Positions 48,654 through 51,049 of a stretch of 51,049 nt of DNA are shown here, piece after piece. The translations under genes were made by a program, and so were the position numbers. Below the pieces are notes generated by a model, which was not told the DNA's origin, ran no database searches, and saw nothing but the letters and a program-made list of their open reading frames with translations. Source of the DNA: Methanobacteriota archaeon (GTDB taxonomy: Archaea; Thermoplasmatota; Poseidoniia; Poseidoniales; Thalassarchaeaceae); assembly GCA_002731195.1 (NCBI GenBank), contig PCAI01000015.1, positions 7,114 to 58,162 on the forward strand. Direction: 5' to 3'. Each line of letters starts with the position of its first letter. Position 1 is the stretch's first letter.

Positions 48654-50063
48654 TCAAGGCGTTACACGACTTCTATCTCGAGGGAAAAGCACAACTTCTC
48701 TTACATTCCCTGCTCCTGTCAGGACCATCAAGAGTCTTGCAACTCCTAGCCCCCACCCTGCATGAGGAGGTGCACCATACCTGAAACCATCAGTATAAAA
48801 TGTAAAATCATCAGGATTTAGTCCCATATTTCTGAGATTTTGCTCCAAAACGTCTACTCGATGCTCTCTTTGACCTCCAGAAGTCATTTCATCTCTCCCA
48901 TAGTTAAGGTCAAATCCTCGACTTAATTGACCCCCTGTTGTTCCCTTTTCATCTTCTCTGTGGTGGATATAGAAAGGCTTCATTGACATAGGCCATCTTG
49001 GAAGGAAATGAAATCCTGGATATTTGGCCGCAATGATGTCACAGTGATGACTTTCTATATCGTCTCCCCATTCAATATCTCCTCCTCCTGATTTTACAAT
49101 TTCTATTGCATCACAGTAAGGTATACGAGGGAATGGTAAACTCGGAACTTCGACCTCAATCTCTTTGTTACCTTGACTAACTCTATACTCATTAATGACA
49201 TCTATCAAATTCTGATCATTCTCGACAACATTACTCCAGATATGATGTATCATTCTTTCTTGAACGCCCATTACGTCTTCATCATCCATCCACGCACCTT
49301 CTATATCAAAAGAGATAAATTCATTCAGATGCCGATAAGTATCATGTTTTTCAGCTCTAAACGCAGGTCCAATTTCAAAAACCCTCTCTAATCCACCTAA
49401 AACTGCTAATTGCTTGTACAGTTGCGGTGATTGACTTAGAAATGCCGGAGTATCAAAATACATCATAGGGAAAAGATTTGTTCCACCTTCCGAAGCACTC
49501 GCAATAATTTTTGGACTATTCATTTCCATAAATCCTTCTTTAATCAAATGCCCTCTGCCGTATTCTAGGACTTTACTACGAAGTTGAAACATAGCATTGA
49601 CATGCATTCTTCGTAAGTCCAGATGTCTATTATCTAGTCTGACATCTAACCCTACATGAACATCATCTATAACGCCGACTGGCAAGGGTGCGATAGCATC
49701 CGCTAAAATCGATCCAAATTTCACATTTATCTCATACTCAGGAGGAGGAGGGGACTCTCCTTCAGCAGTTTTAGGGGGCCTTTTTTGGGCCACTGTTCCT
49801 TTTACTTGAACAGTTGATTCGCGAGTTGAATTTTGTATAGAATCAAATACTTCTTCATTCATATTATCCTTTTTTAGAAAGGCTTGTATTTTTCCAGTCC
49901 CATCTCTCAACATTAAGAAGCAAATTGCCCCTCTTCCTCTTACAGTTTCTGCATAACCTGCTATTACAACTTCCTTTCCTAGGAGTTCAGAACCATTTTC
50001 TATAATTTGTCCGATTGTATGTGTCCTGTAAGCAGTTGACTTCCAATGACTACTGTCTCTCAT
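48654..50063 (-). CDS. aspS: Aspartyl-tRNA synthetase, archaeal type
   Basis: RL.NR.LDLR, SEGG..LF...YF...A.L.QSPQLYKQ, FRAE...T.RHLNEF, SGGQREH and G.PPH.G.GLG motifs. Confidence 0.95.
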   Translation of the reverse strand: MRDSSHWKSTAYRTHTIGQIIENGSELLGKEVVIAGYAETVRGRGAICFLMLRDGTGKIQAFLKKDNMNEEVFDSIQNSTRESTVQVKGTVAQKRPPKTAEGESPPPPEYEINVKFGSILADAIAPLPVGVIDDVHVGLDVRLDNRHLDLRRMHVNAMFQLRSKVLEYGRGHLIKEGFMEMNSPKIIASASEGGTNLFPMMYFDTPAFLSQSPQLYKQLAVLGGLERVFEIGPAFRAEKHDTYRHLNEFISFDIEGAWMDDEDVMGVQERMIHHIWSNVVENDQNLIDVINEYRVSQGNKEIEVEVPSLPFPRIPYCDAIEIVKSGGGDIEWGDDIESHHCDIIAAKYPGFHFLPRWPMSMKPFYIHHREDEKGTTGGQLSRGFDLNYGRDEMTSGGQREHRVDVLEQNLRNMGLNPDDFTFYTDGFRYGAPPHAGWGLGVARLLMVLTGAGNVREVVLFPRDRSRVTP

Positions 50064-50122
50064 ATCAGTCCCGAGTATCTGCATAGTTATGAAAGATATT
50101 ACAAAGAGTAACTTGTATGGTC

Positions 50123-50956
50123 TTATTCTTCATCATCTCTGGAAATTTTGGCACCCATAATGAGAAATGCTGTATGTCCAATTGGAGTATTGCCGGGCCT
50201 CACCCCTCCTTTACTTGCCTTTGTCCATTTTCTCTCAATCATTTCGCCCGCCCACTCGACAATCATTCCACATTCTTCAATTGCTTCCCATGATTTTTCA
50301 AGTTGTATTGTAGTAGGGCAGTAGCATGCTAATTTTCCGCCTGGTCTCAAGTATTCTTCAACAATCGGCACTATTTCCCATGGTTCAGCAATATCTATTA
50401 TTGCAGCATCCATGGAATCACAGATATTCATTATGGTGTCTCTCGAATCTCTAAAGTCTCCTTCAAATAAGTACCAATCCGGAAATTCAGGCAGAATTTC
50501 CCTCAAGCGTTCCATATTTTCTTTACCTACAATTGCATGTTCTGGCCTTGACTCAACAGAAATCAATATTCCTTTTTCTCCCATTACGCTCGCCAAATGC
50601 ATCGCTAGTCCAGCAGAACCATGTCCTCCCTCTAAAATCCTTGAACCAATCCCGATACCCATCCATGAAATTAAAAAACCAGAGTCTTTTATGCCGATTA
50701 CTTGAGCTCTTCTGGACATATTTCTTCTAGCTTCTACAAGTGTTGGTTTTACTATAGTTAGTGATTTTTGCCCGACTATAATCCTATCTCCTATTGAATA
50801 ACCATCAAGTAACTGGGCAGCATCAAATCTCCCTAATCCTTTTATTTTTACTTCACCAGGAGTTTTTTGTAGTAAATATGCTCTTCCATCATCTTCTCTG
50901 AGTGCAACCCATTCTCCTGGGTCTACTATTTCCATGACCTTCCGAGTTCTTTTCAT
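50123..50956 (-). CDS. trmI: tRNA (adenine-N1)-methyltransferase TrmI/Trm61
   Basis: M.R.AQVI..KD, E.G.GS, D..EPW, L.PGG....Y.P...Q, E...R and VRP....GHT.FL motifs; start 50956 or 50935. Confidence 0.88.
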   Translation of the reverse strand: MKRTRKVMEIVDPGEWVALREDDGRAYLLQKTPGEVKIKGLGRFDAAQLLDGYSIGDRIIVGQKSLTIVKPTLVEARRNMSRRAQVIGIKDSGFLISWMGIGIGSRILEGGHGSAGLAMHLASVMGEKGILISVESRPEHAIVGKENMERLREILPEFPDWYLFEGDFRDSRDTIMNICDSMDAAIIDIAEPWEIVPIVEEYLRPGGKLACYCPTTIQLEKSWEAIEECGMIVEWAGEMIERKWTKASKGGVRPGNTPIGHTAFLIMGAKISRDDEE

Positions 50957-51049
50957 GTTTCAATACCTTCTATTAATTTAAAACAGAGTCAATTAAGATA
51001 TTTGCCTCCTATATCATTAAATCATGTCGCCACTCCGTCTTTTACGTGG

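Noticed and set aside
1..51049. CRISPR arrays, transposases, integrases, prophage or defence genes
   Set aside because: No direct-repeat arrays seen, almost no long intergenic space, and no ORF with such motifs

Overview
Gene-dense, AT-rich archaeal chromosome segment with about 46 CDSs. I found no rRNA, tRNA, CRISPR array or mobile element. It mixes archaeal core genes (ABCE1/Rli1, archaeosine TGT, short archaeal TpiA, CTP-dependent RibK, archaeal AspRS, TrmI, DRG GTPase, NadM) with many bacterial-type metabolic genes (GlpX, PPK2, FabH, BoxB/BoxC-like, Rieske oxygenase, class-3 asparaginase-like). This mix, plus acidic Ca-binding surface domains, suggests Marine Group II Thermoplasmatota (Ca. 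Poseidoniales); that taxonomy is inferred. Most interesting: (1) a miniature Box-like aryl-CoA epoxidation cluster (half-size BoxC, short BoxB, no BoxA); (2) an unexplained catabolic operon of formyltransferase, SDR, luciferase-like monooxygenase, asparaginase-like protein and aminomuconate-semialdehyde-dehydrogenase-like ALDH, followed by FabH; (3) core enzymes with altered metal sites (ABCE1 Fe-S domain, TGT zinc site); (4) a circularly permuted GDPD; (5) an aconitase-X fusion with reversed domain order; (6) a FabH lacking the ACP-docking Arg. All calls come from motif recognition by eye, with no database search. Several start codons were moved from the longest ORF to a more plausible downstream ATG.
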